This document shows positions 1-9,874 of a stretch of 64,000 nucleotides of DNA, one piece after another. The translations under genes and the position numbers were made by a program. The stretch comes from an uncultured delta proteobacterium (GTDB lineage Bacteria; Desulfobacterota; Desulfomonilia; UBA1062), in NCBI GenBank assembly GCA_963785235.1, contig CAWAUM010000010.1:96001-160000 (forward strand), read 5' to 3'. The notes under the pieces are model-generated. The model did not search any database. It worked only from the letters and a program-made list of their open reading frames with translations, and had not been told where the DNA came from. The stretch's first letter is position 1. Every line of letters begins with the position of its first letter.

Positions 1-819
1 GGAATTTATTGCCGATTTGGTGAAACTAAAGCCAAGGTCTTTATAGTAATCCTTGCAAGCTGAGGTGATTATACGCGCCAGTTCTTCCCCGTTACTATCA
101 GGCCGGGAGATCAGTTCACCTAAGATTCCCGTATAAGGATTGCCATAGATAGGGAAGAGAGCCTCAGAAAAGGTGATGTAGTCAGAGAGTCCCTTCAATT
201 CATATGCAACCTCATACATGCCCATGAGGCAGGCATCAAAATCGATAATGTCTAATTTTACCCCGCTGTCCTTCACTGCCTGGGCAAGATTTGGTAGTGA
301 CATTATGTAATTATCACCGGCAGAGGTTACATCCTTTATCATCCCCTTGTTCGACCCTTTCCACCCAAGGCCATGGCTCCACAGGATAATTGCATAGTGT
401 CTGGCAGGGTATTGTGTCGTTGCCCATTCAATGAACTCGGTGAGCGTGGCAGGATCGGTCATGTCGAGGTTTCCCATATCTTCGAGTGTGCTTGTGATCA
501 CGGTGTTATCGGTGTCCTTTACGATCCTGCCCCTGAGAGTGTTCCTGGGCAGTGACGAGGAGAACTCGGGGCTGAACTCCACCTGCACCACAACCTGGAC
601 ATCATTGGTGGAGCCGACCTCTTCCATATCGTTGATGTTGCGGAAAGCAGCCTGGGAAATGTCCGAGTCGCCGGCCATGAAGACCATAAGGGTCCATTGC
701 GACTCCGGGAGGGGGTCACTGTCCGTGACCACAGATCCGCCCCCGCACCCGGCGAGGAATAACAGCGCAACCATGGAGTATCTCAGAAATGCCATGAAAT
801 GTGGGATTACCTGGTACAT
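1..819 (-). CDS. Clostripain-related cysteine peptidase (family C11), lipoprotein; runs off the left edge
   Basis: Own translation (absent from the ORF track because it has no stop in the window): MYQVIPHFMAFLRYSMVALLFLAGC (lipobox), WTLMVFMAGDSD, YPARHYAIILWSHGLGW (catalytic His), LDIIDFDACLMGMYEVAYEL (catalytic Cys). Confidence 0.85.
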   Translation of the reverse strand, partial: MYQVIPHFMAFLRYSMVALLFLAGCGGGSVVTDSDPLPESQWTLMVFMAGDSDISQAAFRNINDMEEVGSTNDVQVVVQVEFSPEFSSSLPRNTLRGRIVKDTDNTVITSTLEDMGNLDMTDPATLTEFIEWATTQYPARHYAIILWSHGLGWKGSNKGMIKDVTSAGDNYIMSLPNLAQAVKDSGVKLDIIDFDACLMGMYEVAYELKGLSDYITFSEALFPIYGNPYTGILGELISRPDSNGEELARIITSACKDYYKDLGFSFTKSAINS

Positions 820-1094
820 GTCGTCTTATAAGATAACACATAATCATCCTCGGGATAAACATTTCCCCCATCAGGCACCTCGGACAATGCAGTGAATGCT
901 GAAAATAAATAAAAACCGCTTTCTTGACTATGCGTTATATTGACTTACTATTGTTAGTGTGAGATATTTCAATGCAGTATCAACCCAGATTGTATTGCAT
1001 CTTTGGATCTGCACTTCTCAGGGAAGTAGTCTTGCCGCATCTTTAACAGCAGCAAAATACGTAAACGAGTCTTGAGGATAAGCGAGGTATCCAA

Positions 1095-2166
1095 ATGGAC
1101 ATGAAACGCGACTACTTTGAGGATATTGAGCTCTTCAGCAGCGGTACCGTGCTCTTCTGGTCCGGGGTATTCCTGATTTTCCTCTTTACCCTTCCCCTGT
1201 ACATACCTTCTTATAACATCTATCTGTTCAATATCATCATGGTCCACGTTATCCTTGCCGTGGGGTTGAACATCCTGGTGGGATACACCGGCCAGATCTC
1301 TTTAGGCCATGCCGGGTTCTTCGCCATCGGTGCCTACGGTACGGCGCTCCTCATGATGCACCTTCATCTACCCTTCCTTGTGGCGCTGATCCTCGCCGGG
1401 CTCCTCGCCGCCTTCTTCGGCTTCATCATAGGCCTGCCGGCACTGCGGCTGGAAGGGCCGTACCTCGCCATCGCCACGCTTAGGCTTCGGGCTCACCATC
1501 ATGCACATCATCGGCAGGTGGGAGATCTTCGGCGGCCGCATGGGCATCAGCACGCCGCCGTTGGACCTGGGTCTTCCGGGGTCCGCATACAGCCTGGTCA
1601 TCGAGGGTGATGTGAAGATCTACTACCTCATCCTGACCATCACGGTGCTCATGGTTGTCGGCGCCCGCAACCTCATGAAGACGCGCGTCGGCAGGGCCTT
1701 CGTTGCCATACGCGACGACGACATCGCTGCCGAGGTCATGGGCGTGAACCTCACCATCTTCAAGACCATGTCCTTTGCGGTGAGCGCCTTCTATGCAGGC
1801 GTGGCAGGCGGCCTGTACGGCTTTGTGGTAAGCTTTTTCGATCCCTTCACCTTCAATCTCATCCTGTCCATCATCTTCCTGGTCATGGTAGTGGTGGGCG
1901 GGCTCGGATCGATCCTGGGCGCCGTCATGGGGGCCGCGCTTATCACCTACCTGCAGTACGATCTTTTGAAAAACGTGGAAGAGCTGCCTTACCTGGGCAA
2001 TCTCCTCGTCCTCATATCCAAGAAGTGGTTCACCGTGATCGGACTTGCAAATTTCGGCAGTATAGCGATGGGTCTCATCATGCTCGGCATCGTGATCTTC
2101 GAGCCGCTCGGCATGTTCGGGATCTGGATCAGGATCAAGAAGTACTGGAAGACCTGGCCCTTTTAG
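1095..2166 (+). CDS. livM: Branched-chain amino acid-type ABC transporter permease (LivM-like); apparent frameshift near 1480
   Basis: GYTGQISLGHAGFFAIGAY, LRLEGPYLAIATL and GRAFVAIRDD motifs split over ORFs 1095..1610 and 1501..2166. Confidence 0.85.
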
Positions 2167-2188
2167 GCCAAGAGGGGATGGATCTGAT

Positions 2189-3061
2189 ATGATCGAGCAG
2201 CTCATCATCGAAGGACTGGCCATCGGGGCATGCTACGGACTGTTCGGCGTTGCCGTGGCCATCATCTACAAGACCTCCGAGGTAGTGAACTTCGCCCAGG
2301 GCGAGATGGGCATGATAGCCACCTTCGTGGCATTTCATGTCCTCACCCTATACCATCTCCCCTTCTGGCTCGCCTTCATCATCACCATGGTCTTTGCCAT
2401 GCTGCTCGGCATGCTCATCGAGATCTGCTTCCTGCGGCCGGCCAAGGATCCCACCGTGCTGGGCCTCATCATCATTACTCTCGGTGTGGAGATGCTGCTC
2501 ATGGGCATGGCCGGCTGGAAGTGGGGGGCAGAGCAGAAGGACTTCCCCTTCCTGCTCTCGGTGCAGAAGTCCCATGAGATCATCCCCGGACTCTCCTTGA
2601 ACGAATGGTCCATCGGAGTCTTCGTTCTTACGGCGGTGATCATGGTGCTCCTGTTCCTCTTCTTCAGGTATTCAAGGTTGGGCATCGCCATGCGGGCGAC
2701 CCAGCAGAATGTAAACGCAGCAAAGATCATGGGCATCAAGGTGGAGCGGGTGTTTTCCATTACATGGGCCATGAGCTCTACCATCGGCGCCATAGCGGCC
2801 ATGTTCTTTGCTGCTCGGTCCGTACTCGATCCGAACTTCATGATGGAACCCTTCATGCGGGCCTTTGCCGCTGCCGTGCTGGGAGGGCTCACGAGCATCC
2901 CGGGCGTGGTGGTGGGGGGCCTCCTGCTGGGGATCATTGAAAACTTCTTCGGCTATGCCTGGCCCGAGTGGAAACCCATCGTGGCCTTTGTGGTGATTAT
3001 CATCATCATTACGGTCAGGCCGAGCGGACTCTTTGCAAAACATTACATCAAGAAGGTGTAG
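2189..3061 (+). CDS. livH: Branched-chain amino acid-type ABC transporter permease (LivH-like)
   Basis: VNFAQGE, GIAMRATQQN and AFAAAVLGGLTSIPG motifs; hydrophobic throughout. Confidence 0.9.
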   Translation: MIEQLIIEGLAIGACYGLFGVAVAIIYKTSEVVNFAQGEMGMIATFVAFHVLTLYHLPFWLAFIITMVFAMLLGMLIEICFLRPAKDPTVLGLIIITLGVEMLLMGMAGWKWGAEQKDFPFLLSVQKSHEIIPGLSLNEWSIGVFVLTAVIMVLLFLFFRYSRLGIAMRATQQNVNAAKIMGIKVERVFSITWAMSSTIGAIAAMFFAARSVLDPNFMMEPFMRAFAAAVLGGLTSIPGVVVGGLLLGIIENFFGYAWPEWKPIVAFVVIIIIITVRPSGLFAKHYIKKV

Positions 3062-3079
3062 GGACAGGACAGACAAAAG

Positions 3080-3532
3080 ATGAAAAAGACCATACTGATC
3101 ACAGCAGCGGTTATAGTCGCAGCCGGCATTGCAGCCCTTGCCCTGTGGGACGGGCCGAGGTACCGGCTCGAGCTGGCCCTCGAAAGGGATAATATCGAAC
3201 AGGTTGCGCGGGCGTACTTCAAGGCCGAGATGGCACGGGACTACAAAAAACTTTATGCATACCTGGCGCCTTCTTCCACCTACCGACGCACGCATACCTA
3301 CGAGCAGTTCCTCAAGGATGTGTCAGGCTCGCCGGTGGGCATCAGGACCTATCACATCGTGGACATCTACCGGCTCCGGGGCAACCACGACCCGGCCACC
3401 TACCCTGCGGTCAAACGCTTCGTCCAGGTGGAGGTGGATGTGGATGTGGGCTTTGCCGACACCGGCACCACGAGCACGTGTAACTACTGCTTCACCTTTC
3501 TGAAAGAGGGAGACCGCTGGTACAAAGGATAG
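3080..3532 (+). CDS. Hypothetical exported protein with N-terminal anchor and C-terminal CNYC motif (possibly NTF2-like)
   Basis: 150 aa ORF in operon position with signal-like N-terminus; ends FTFLKEGDRWY. Confidence 0.6.
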   Translation: MKKTILITAAVIVAAGIAALALWDGPRYRLELALERDNIEQVARAYFKAEMARDYKKLYAYLAPSSTYRRTHTYEQFLKDVSGSPVGIRTYHIVDIYRLRGNHDPATYPAVKRFVQVEVDVDVGFADTGTTSTCNYCFTFLKEGDRWYKG

Positions 3533-3607
3533 GGGTATTCTAAAATGAAAGAGGCCGCCGGAAAATAGGATCCGGTCAGAAAACAACAGAGAGCAAAAGG
3601 AGGTTCC

Positions 3608-4796
3608 ATGAGAAAAATGTTGTCTGGTATATTCATAATCTGTGTCGTTTTCCTGCTGGCAGGCTCTGCTGATGCAGCCAGACCCGGGTTCGACGCCAAG
3701 GAGATCCGCATCGCCCAGTGGGGTCCTCAGACCGGGCCGGCTGCGCCGTGGGGGTCGGTGGCCAGGGGAAGCGACCTGATATTCAAGATGGTCAATGATG
3801 AAGGAGGCATCCACGGCCGGAAGATCAAGTACTTCATCCGTGACGACCAGTACAACCCGGCCCAGACCAAGGGGGTAGTCAAGGAACTCGTGGAGCGCGA
3901 GGGCATCTTCGCCTTTGTGGGCGGTGTGGGTGCGGCCTGTGGCATGGCAGTAAAAGACTATCTGGCCCAGAACAAGGTCATCTGGGTAGGGCCGTCCACG
4001 GCCATCGAGCGAATATGTGTTCCCGGTGAATCCGTACCTCTTTGCCGTGTACCCTCTCTATGACGACGAGGCAAGCATCCTCACCAAGTATGTGGTGGAA
4101 AAGATGAAGGCCACGAAGATTGCTTTCTTCTACCAGAACGACGCCTATGGCAAGACCGGGCTCGACGGGTGCAAGACCCGCATGGATGCCCTGAAGATGA
4201 AGCTTGTGGAGGAGATCTCGGTTGAGCCGGGAGAGAAGGACCTCTCGTCCCAGATGCTCAGGCTCAAGAACTCCGGCGCCGAGGTGGTCATCTGTGGGTG
4301 AATCCCACCAGCGCCGTCATTGCGCTCAAGACCTGTCAGACCATCGGATACAAGCCCAAATGGGTATCTTCCAACACCCTGTCCGACTTCCCACTTATGC
4401 AGAAGATCAGCGGCGGCCTCTGGGAGGGTGTCATCACCGGCGGCTTCGGCATACCGCCCGACCTCCGATGACACGCGCATCGTCAAATACCGTGAGGCTG
4501 CCAAAAAGTATGCTCCCGAGGAACGCTTCGGCACCTTCTACCTGGCGGGCGTCCTGTGGGCCGAACCGCTCATCGAGGCACTCAAGAAGACCGGGCCCAA
4601 GCTGAGCACCGAGGCCTGCCTGAAGCAGCTCAACTCCATAAAGAATTTCCAGGGCATCGGACCCAAGATCACATGGTCGCCCCAGGTGCATCAGGGGTCC
4701 GACTCGGTCTTTATCCAGCAGTGCGGACCGAACTCCAGCTATATCATCCTCCAGGACTGGATGGTCAACGACCTGGCCAAGTGGAAGAAGAAATAA
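3608..4796 (+). CDS. ABC transporter substrate-binding protein (Liv/PBP1 family), copy 1; apparent frameshifts near 4010, 4290 and 4440-4460
   Basis: Fragments 3608..4063, 4017..4301 and 4320..4796 align collinearly with the intact paralogue at 4888..6084. Confidence 0.85.
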
Positions 4797-4806
4797 CATG
4801 GAACTT

Positions 4807-4826
4807 GGGGGCGGAAACCCCGCCCC
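4807..4826 (+). terminator. GC-rich hairpin after binding-protein gene 1
   Basis: gggggcgg-aaac-cccgcccc just after the stop codon. Confidence 0.55.
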
Positions 4827-4887
4827 TTCTTGATAACTGACAGGAAACACACACCCGGGTCTGATATCCCGGGATTTAAAGGAGGAT

Positions 4888-6084
4888 ATGATGATCAAGA
4901 GGCACATGTTTATTACCGGAATATGCTTTCTTATCATGCTTCTCCTGCCTGTAACGGGAAGCGCAGCACGACCAGGTTTTGACGACAAGGAGATCAGGAT
5001 CGGGCAGTGGGGACCTCAGACAGGTCCTGCAGCACCATGGGGATCCGTGGCCAGGGGCAGCGGCCTGCTGTTCAATGTGATCAACGAGCAGGGCGGCATA
5101 CACGGCAGGAAGATCAAGTACTTCATCCGGGATGACCAGTACAACCCGGCCCAGACCAAGGGCGTGGTCAAGGAACTCGTGGAGCGTGAAGGCGTCTTCG
5201 CCTTCGTGGGAGGCGTGGGAGGTGCCTGCGGCCTGGCGGTCATGGACTATCTCAATGAAAAAAAGGTTATCTGGGTTGGTCCGTCGGCTGCCATTACCGA
5301 ATTCGTCTTCCCGGTGAAGCCTTACGTGTTTGCCGTGTATCCGCTGTATGAAGACGAGGGGAGCATCCTTGCAAAATACGTTGTTGAAAAGCTCAAGGCC
5401 AAGAAGATAGGGTTCTTCTACCAGAACGATGCCTATGGCAAGGATGGGCTTGACGGTGCCAAGAAGAGGCTCGCTACATACAAGATGAGCTTCGTGGAGG
5501 AAATCCCCGTGGAGCCCGGCGAGAAAGACCTCTCCTCCCAGATGCTGAAGTTCAAAAACTCCGGTGCGGAAGTGGTCATGATGTTTGTCAACCCAACGGT
5601 GGCCACAATTGCCCTGAAGACCTGCGCCACCGTCGACTTCAAGCCCCAGTGGGTATCCTCCAACACCCTGTCGGACTACGGGCTCATGCTCAAGATCACG
5701 GGCGGTCTCTGGGAGGGTGTCATCACCGGCGCCTTCGGCATGACGCCCACAGCTGACCACCCCCTCATGAACATGTATCGTGAGGCGGGAAAGAAGTATT
5801 CACCTGAAGAGCGGTGGGGTACTTTCTATCTCGCAGGCATCGTCTTTGCCGACCCCCTTGTGGAGGCACTCAAGCGCGTTGGACCGAAGCTGAGTACGGA
5901 GGCCTGTGTGAAGGCGCTGAACTCCATCAAGGACTATCAGACCATCGGTCCCAAGGTCAACTGGTCGCCGCAGATCCACCAGGGCACAGACTCCGTCCAG
6001 ATCCAGAAATGCGGACCGGGCGGTTCGTACATCCTGCTCCAGGACTGGACGCCCAACGACCTGGCAACGTGGAAAAAAAAGTAG
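4888..6084 (+). CDS. ABC transporter substrate-binding protein (Liv/PBP1 family), copy 2
   Basis: Signal peptide; EIRIGQWGPQTGPAA and GGIHGRKIKYFIRDDQYNP motifs. Confidence 0.9.
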   Translation: MMIKRHMFITGICFLIMLLLPVTGSAARPGFDDKEIRIGQWGPQTGPAAPWGSVARGSGLLFNVINEQGGIHGRKIKYFIRDDQYNPAQTKGVVKELVEREGVFAFVGGVGGACGLAVMDYLNEKKVIWVGPSAAITEFVFPVKPYVFAVYPLYEDEGSILAKYVVEKLKAKKIGFFYQNDAYGKDGLDGAKKRLATYKMSFVEEIPVEPGEKDLSSQMLKFKNSGAEVVMMFVNPTVATIALKTCATVDFKPQWVSSNTLSDYGLMLKITGGLWEGVITGAFGMTPTADHPLMNMYREAGKKYSPEERWGTFYLAGIVFADPLVEALKRVGPKLSTEACVKALNSIKDYQTIGPKVNWSPQIHQGTDSVQIQKCGPGGSYILLQDWTPNDLATWKKK

Positions 6085-6092
6085 CGTGAACA

Positions 6093-6120
6093 GCAGGGGC
6101 GGGAAGAATTCCGCCCCTGC
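6093..6120 (+). terminator. Intercistronic hairpin after binding-protein gene 2
   Basis: gcaggggcgg...ccgcccctgc, 10-bp stem. Confidence 0.55.
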
Positions 6121-6193
6121 AGACACCCTCTTAGAAGGAACCGGCCGGGAGCAGGTACATATCGTCCCGGACACGAGGAAAAGGTGCTTGAAC

Positions 6194-6967
6194 ATGACGC
6201 ACTTCAAGGTAGAGAATCTGGGCATCAGTTTCGGCGGTATCAGGGCCGTGGACTCTGCGAGCTTCGAGGTGGAAAAGAACTCCATCTTCTCCATCATCGG
6301 GCCCAACGGCAGTGGGAAGACCACCATTTTCAACATGATCAGCGGGATCTACAAGCCCGACTCCGGACACGTCATCCTTGATGATGAAGACATGGTAGGG
6401 CACAGACCCGACAAGATAGCCCGCAGGGGCATCGCCAGGACCTTCCAGAACATCCAGCTCTTCGGCAATGCATCCGTTATGGACAACATCATGCTGGGCA
6501 GACACATCCATATGAAAACAGGTATCATAAGCGGGGCCTTCATGTGGGGCAGGCACTCCAGAACCGCCAAAGAGGAAGTGAAGAACCGGGAGATCGTGGA
6601 GCGTATCATCGATTTCCTTGAGCTCCAGTCCGTACGGAACCAGTTCGTAAACGCCCTGCCCTACGGCAAGCGAAAGCTCATAGAGCTGGGCCGCGCACTG
6701 GCGCTGGAGCCCAAGGTGCTGCTCCTGGATGAGCCTTCTGCAGGCATGAACACCGAGGAGAAAGACGATCTTAGAATCTGGATCAAGGACATCCAGGAGG
6801 ATTACCAGGTGACCATCCTGCTCATCGAGCATGACATGAACATGGTCATGGGGATCTCGGATCGGATCCTGGCCATCAGCCAAGGGGTAAAGATCACCGA
6901 GGGCATCCCCTCCGAAGTCCAGAAGCACCCGGACGTCATTGCAGCCTACCTGGGCGAGGAGGAATGA
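6194..6967 (+). CDS. livG: ABC transporter ATP-binding protein (LivG-like)
   Basis: Walker A GPNGSGKTT, LPYG signature, LLLDEPSAG, IEHDM. Confidence 0.9.
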   Translation: MTHFKVENLGISFGGIRAVDSASFEVEKNSIFSIIGPNGSGKTTIFNMISGIYKPDSGHVILDDEDMVGHRPDKIARRGIARTFQNIQLFGNASVMDNIMLGRHIHMKTGIISGAFMWGRHSRTAKEEVKNREIVERIIDFLELQSVRNQFVNALPYGKRKLIELGRALALEPKVLLLDEPSAGMNTEEKDDLRIWIKDIQEDYQVTILLIEHDMNMVMGISDRILAISQGVKITEGIPSEVQKHPDVIAAYLGEEE

Positions 6968-7737
6968 TGCTCGCGGTCAAGAACATCGAGACATGGTACG
7001 ACCTGATTCGGGCCCTTCACGGCATCTCCTTCGAGATCCAGCAGGGCTCTATCGTAGCCCTTCTGGGCAGCAACGGCGCGGGAAAGAGCACAACACTGAA
7101 AACCATTATGCGCCTCTTAGACGACGACCAGCCGGAAAAAGGCTCCATCGAGTTCATGGGCAAACGCATCGACCGCATGGACACCGAGGAGATCGTGCGC
7201 CTGGGCATCAGCTATGTCCCCGAGGGACGCGAGGTGTTCCCGGAGCTCACGGTCATGGAGAACATCCTTATGGGTGCCTATACCCGTAAAGACCGCAGGG
7301 GCGTCTCAGAAGACATCGATGCCATGCTCAAGCTGTTCCCTATCCTGAGCCAGCGCAGGAACCAGCAGGCAGGCCACCTGAGTGGCGGCGAACAGCAGAT
7401 GCTCGCCATCGCCCGAGCGCTCATGAGCCGCCCCAAGCTCCTCATGCTCGACGAGCCTTCGCTGGGGCTGTCCCCCCTGCTCACCAAGGAGATCTTCACC
7501 ATTATCCAGAACATCAACAAGCAGGGCGTTACGATCTTGCTCGTGGAGCAGAACGTGAACATGGCGCTGAAGTATTCGACCTTCGCCTTCCTCATGGAGA
7601 ACGGACGCATTGTTCGAGCAGACAAGCCGGAGGTGCTCAGGGAGGATGAGGACGTGAAAGAGTTCTATCTGGGCATTGCCACCGATCAGTCGGTGAAGGG
7701 TTACAAGCGATACCGCAGGAAGGTGAGGTTCAGGTAG
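6964..7737 (+). CDS. livF: ABC transporter ATP-binding protein (LivF-like)
   Basis: GSNGAGKST, LSGGEQQMLA, LDEPSLGL, VEQN. Confidence 0.9.
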   Translation: MMLAVKNIETWYDLIRALHGISFEIQQGSIVALLGSNGAGKSTTLKTIMRLLDDDQPEKGSIEFMGKRIDRMDTEEIVRLGISYVPEGREVFPELTVMENILMGAYTRKDRRGVSEDIDAMLKLFPILSQRRNQQAGHLSGGEQQMLAIARALMSRPKLLMLDEPSLGLSPLLTKEIFTIIQNINKQGVTILLVEQNVNMALKYSTFAFLMENGRIVRADKPEVLREDEDVKEFYLGIATDQSVKGYKRYRRKVRFR

Positions 7738-7770
7738 ATCAAGAGCAGCAGAGTGCGTGAGGAGCTGAAC

Positions 7771-9582
7771 ATGAATGAGATCAGAACCCTGCCCCAGGCC
7801 TTGAGGGATATCGTGAAGCGTCAGCCCGGCCGCATCGCCATGCGGATGAAGGACTATGGCATCTGGCACGACATCACCTGGGAGCAATACTACGCCAACG
7901 TGAAGAAGGTGGCCATGGGCCTGCACGCCCTGGGCGTGAAGCGGGGCGACCACGTGGCCATCGTGGGCGAGAACAAGCCCGAGTGGCTCTTCTCGGCCCT
8001 TGGGGTCATGTCCCTGGGAGCCACCTTCGTTGGGGTCTATACCACCAATCCCACCGCTGAATGCGAGTATGTTGTCGGACATTCCGAATCCGTGGTCTTC
8101 TTCTGCGAAGACGAAGAGCAGTTCGACAAGGCGCTTGAGTGCCGTCCCAGAACGCCCAAGCTCCGCAAGGCGGTTGTGTGGGACATGGAAGGGCTCAGGC
8201 ACTTCAAAGACCCCATGCTCATGAGCTTTGACGATCTGTTAGAGCTGGGCGCCATGACGGATAAGGAAAACCCCGACCTGTTCGAGCTCTTAATAGACGA
8301 TGGCGATACCAAGGAGATCGCCTCAATCATATACACCTCGGGTACCACCGGCCCGCCAAAAGGTGCCATGATAGCCCACGAAAACTACTTATGGATAGCA
8401 CAGGCGAACGTGAAGATCACCAGGATGAGCGTGGATGACGAGACCATCTCGTTCCTTCCTCTGAACCACGTATACGAACAGATCTTTGACCTCATGATGC
8501 ACCTGAATGTCGGCCACATCGTGAACTTCACCGAGAACACGGACACGGTCATGAACGACCTCAGGGACGTCTCCCCCACTTTGTTCCACGCCGTGCCCAG
8601 GATCTGGGAGAAATACCACTCCAGCATCGTGCTCAAGATGGCCGATGCAACCTGGCTGAAAAGGAGCGTTTTTTATATCGCCTTCAAGACAGGCTCTGCC
8701 TACAATGCCTACAAGCTCGCCAAGAAACCGGTCCCCTTTTACCTGAACATTGCCTATGGCCTGGCCTACTTCTGCGTGTTCTGGAAACTGAAAGAGCGCC
8801 TGGGCTTTGACCGGGTGCGCCTGGGCTTTTCCGGTGCGGCGCCCATCTCGCACGAGATCCTCAAGTTCTTCCAGTCCATCGGTATCCCCATCCGCGAGGG
8901 CTACGGTCTCACCGAGACAACAGGCATCACCCACATCTCCGATGAGGAGCATTTCAAGCTGGGTACCGTTGGCAGGGCACTGCCGGGCTCCGAGGTGATG
9001 ATAGCGGATGACGGAGAGATACTCATCCGCCACGGCGGGGTGTTCAAGGGCTACTTCAAGGATGAGGAGACCACTGCCATGGCCCTGGAAGGCGGCTGGT
9101 TCCACACGGGTGACGTGGGTGTGATCGATTCGGAAGGCTACCTCAAGATCACGGACCGCAAGAAGGACCTCATCATCACTGCGGGAGGCAAGAACGTGGC
9201 GCCCCAGTATATCGAAAACCTGCTCAAGTTCTCGCCCTACATCAACGACGCCGTGGTCATCGGCGACCGGCGCAAGTTCATCAGCGCGCTCATCGTCATC
9301 GACGAGGAGAACGTGGTGAAATATGCCCAGGACCACAAGGTGCAGTACACCACCTTTGCCAGCCTCACCAGGACCGAGGAGGTGTTGAAGCTCATCGAGG
9401 ACGAGATAACCAAGGTGAACAAGCAGATCGCCCGGGTGGAGAACATCCGCAAATTCCGGCTGCTGGACAAGAAGCTCTACACTGAGGACGGCGAGGTGAC
9501 GCCGACCATGAAGGTCAAACGTGCGTCGATTGCCAAGCAGTACAAGGACGTCATCGAGGAGATGTACCGGGATGGAGAATAA
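7771..9582 (+). CDS. Long-chain fatty acid--CoA ligase (AMP-dependent synthetase)
   Basis: YTSGTTGPPKG, EGYGLTE, GWFHTGD, DRKKDLIITAGGKN, TPTMKVKR. Confidence 0.9.
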   Translation: MNEIRTLPQALRDIVKRQPGRIAMRMKDYGIWHDITWEQYYANVKKVAMGLHALGVKRGDHVAIVGENKPEWLFSALGVMSLGATFVGVYTTNPTAECEYVVGHSESVVFFCEDEEQFDKALECRPRTPKLRKAVVWDMEGLRHFKDPMLMSFDDLLELGAMTDKENPDLFELLIDDGDTKEIASIIYTSGTTGPPKGAMIAHENYLWIAQANVKITRMSVDDETISFLPLNHVYEQIFDLMMHLNVGHIVNFTENTDTVMNDLRDVSPTLFHAVPRIWEKYHSSIVLKMADATWLKRSVFYIAFKTGSAYNAYKLAKKPVPFYLNIAYGLAYFCVFWKLKERLGFDRVRLGFSGAAPISHEILKFFQSIGIPIREGYGLTETTGITHISDEEHFKLGTVGRALPGSEVMIADDGEILIRHGGVFKGYFKDEETTAMALEGGWFHTGDVGVIDSEGYLKITDRKKDLIITAGGKNVAPQYIENLLKFSPYINDAVVIGDRRKFISALIVIDEENVVKYAQDHKVQYTTFASLTRTEEVLKLIEDEITKVNKQIARVENIRKFRLLDKKLYTEDGEVTPTMKVKRASIAKQYKDVIEEMYRDGE

Positions 9583-9874
9583 GTGAATCGGGTTAAAAAC
9601 TGTAATCCCCTTCCGTTTCGTGGAAAGTTTTTTCTCATATTTTCAGCATGTTCTCTGTATTGTAACTGATAACCTATTGATTATTCTCATAGCCGGTTAT
9701 TGCATACTTATTGCTTAAAGGTTATTCACAAGACTGTATGGCATAGTTCACAAAAAACAGGGGATGCCATAAATTCATGTCCTCGCACACGGTGTTTGTA
9801 TACAATGATAAGGAGCTGATAATTAGTCTTTCAATGTACTCCCTGCAATGCATCTGGAGGAAGGGGAAACGTTC

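Noticed and set aside
431-895. Plus-strand 154-aa ORF and the many other antisense or alternate-frame ORFs in the track
   Set aside because: They are shadows of well-supported genes on the opposite strand or frame, typical of GC-rich DNA, with no motifs of their own.
970-1001. Similarity between atgcagtatcaacccagattgtattgcat and the palindrome near 33820-33851 as a shared operator
   Set aside because: Spacing and orientation differ and the match is short; it could be chance.
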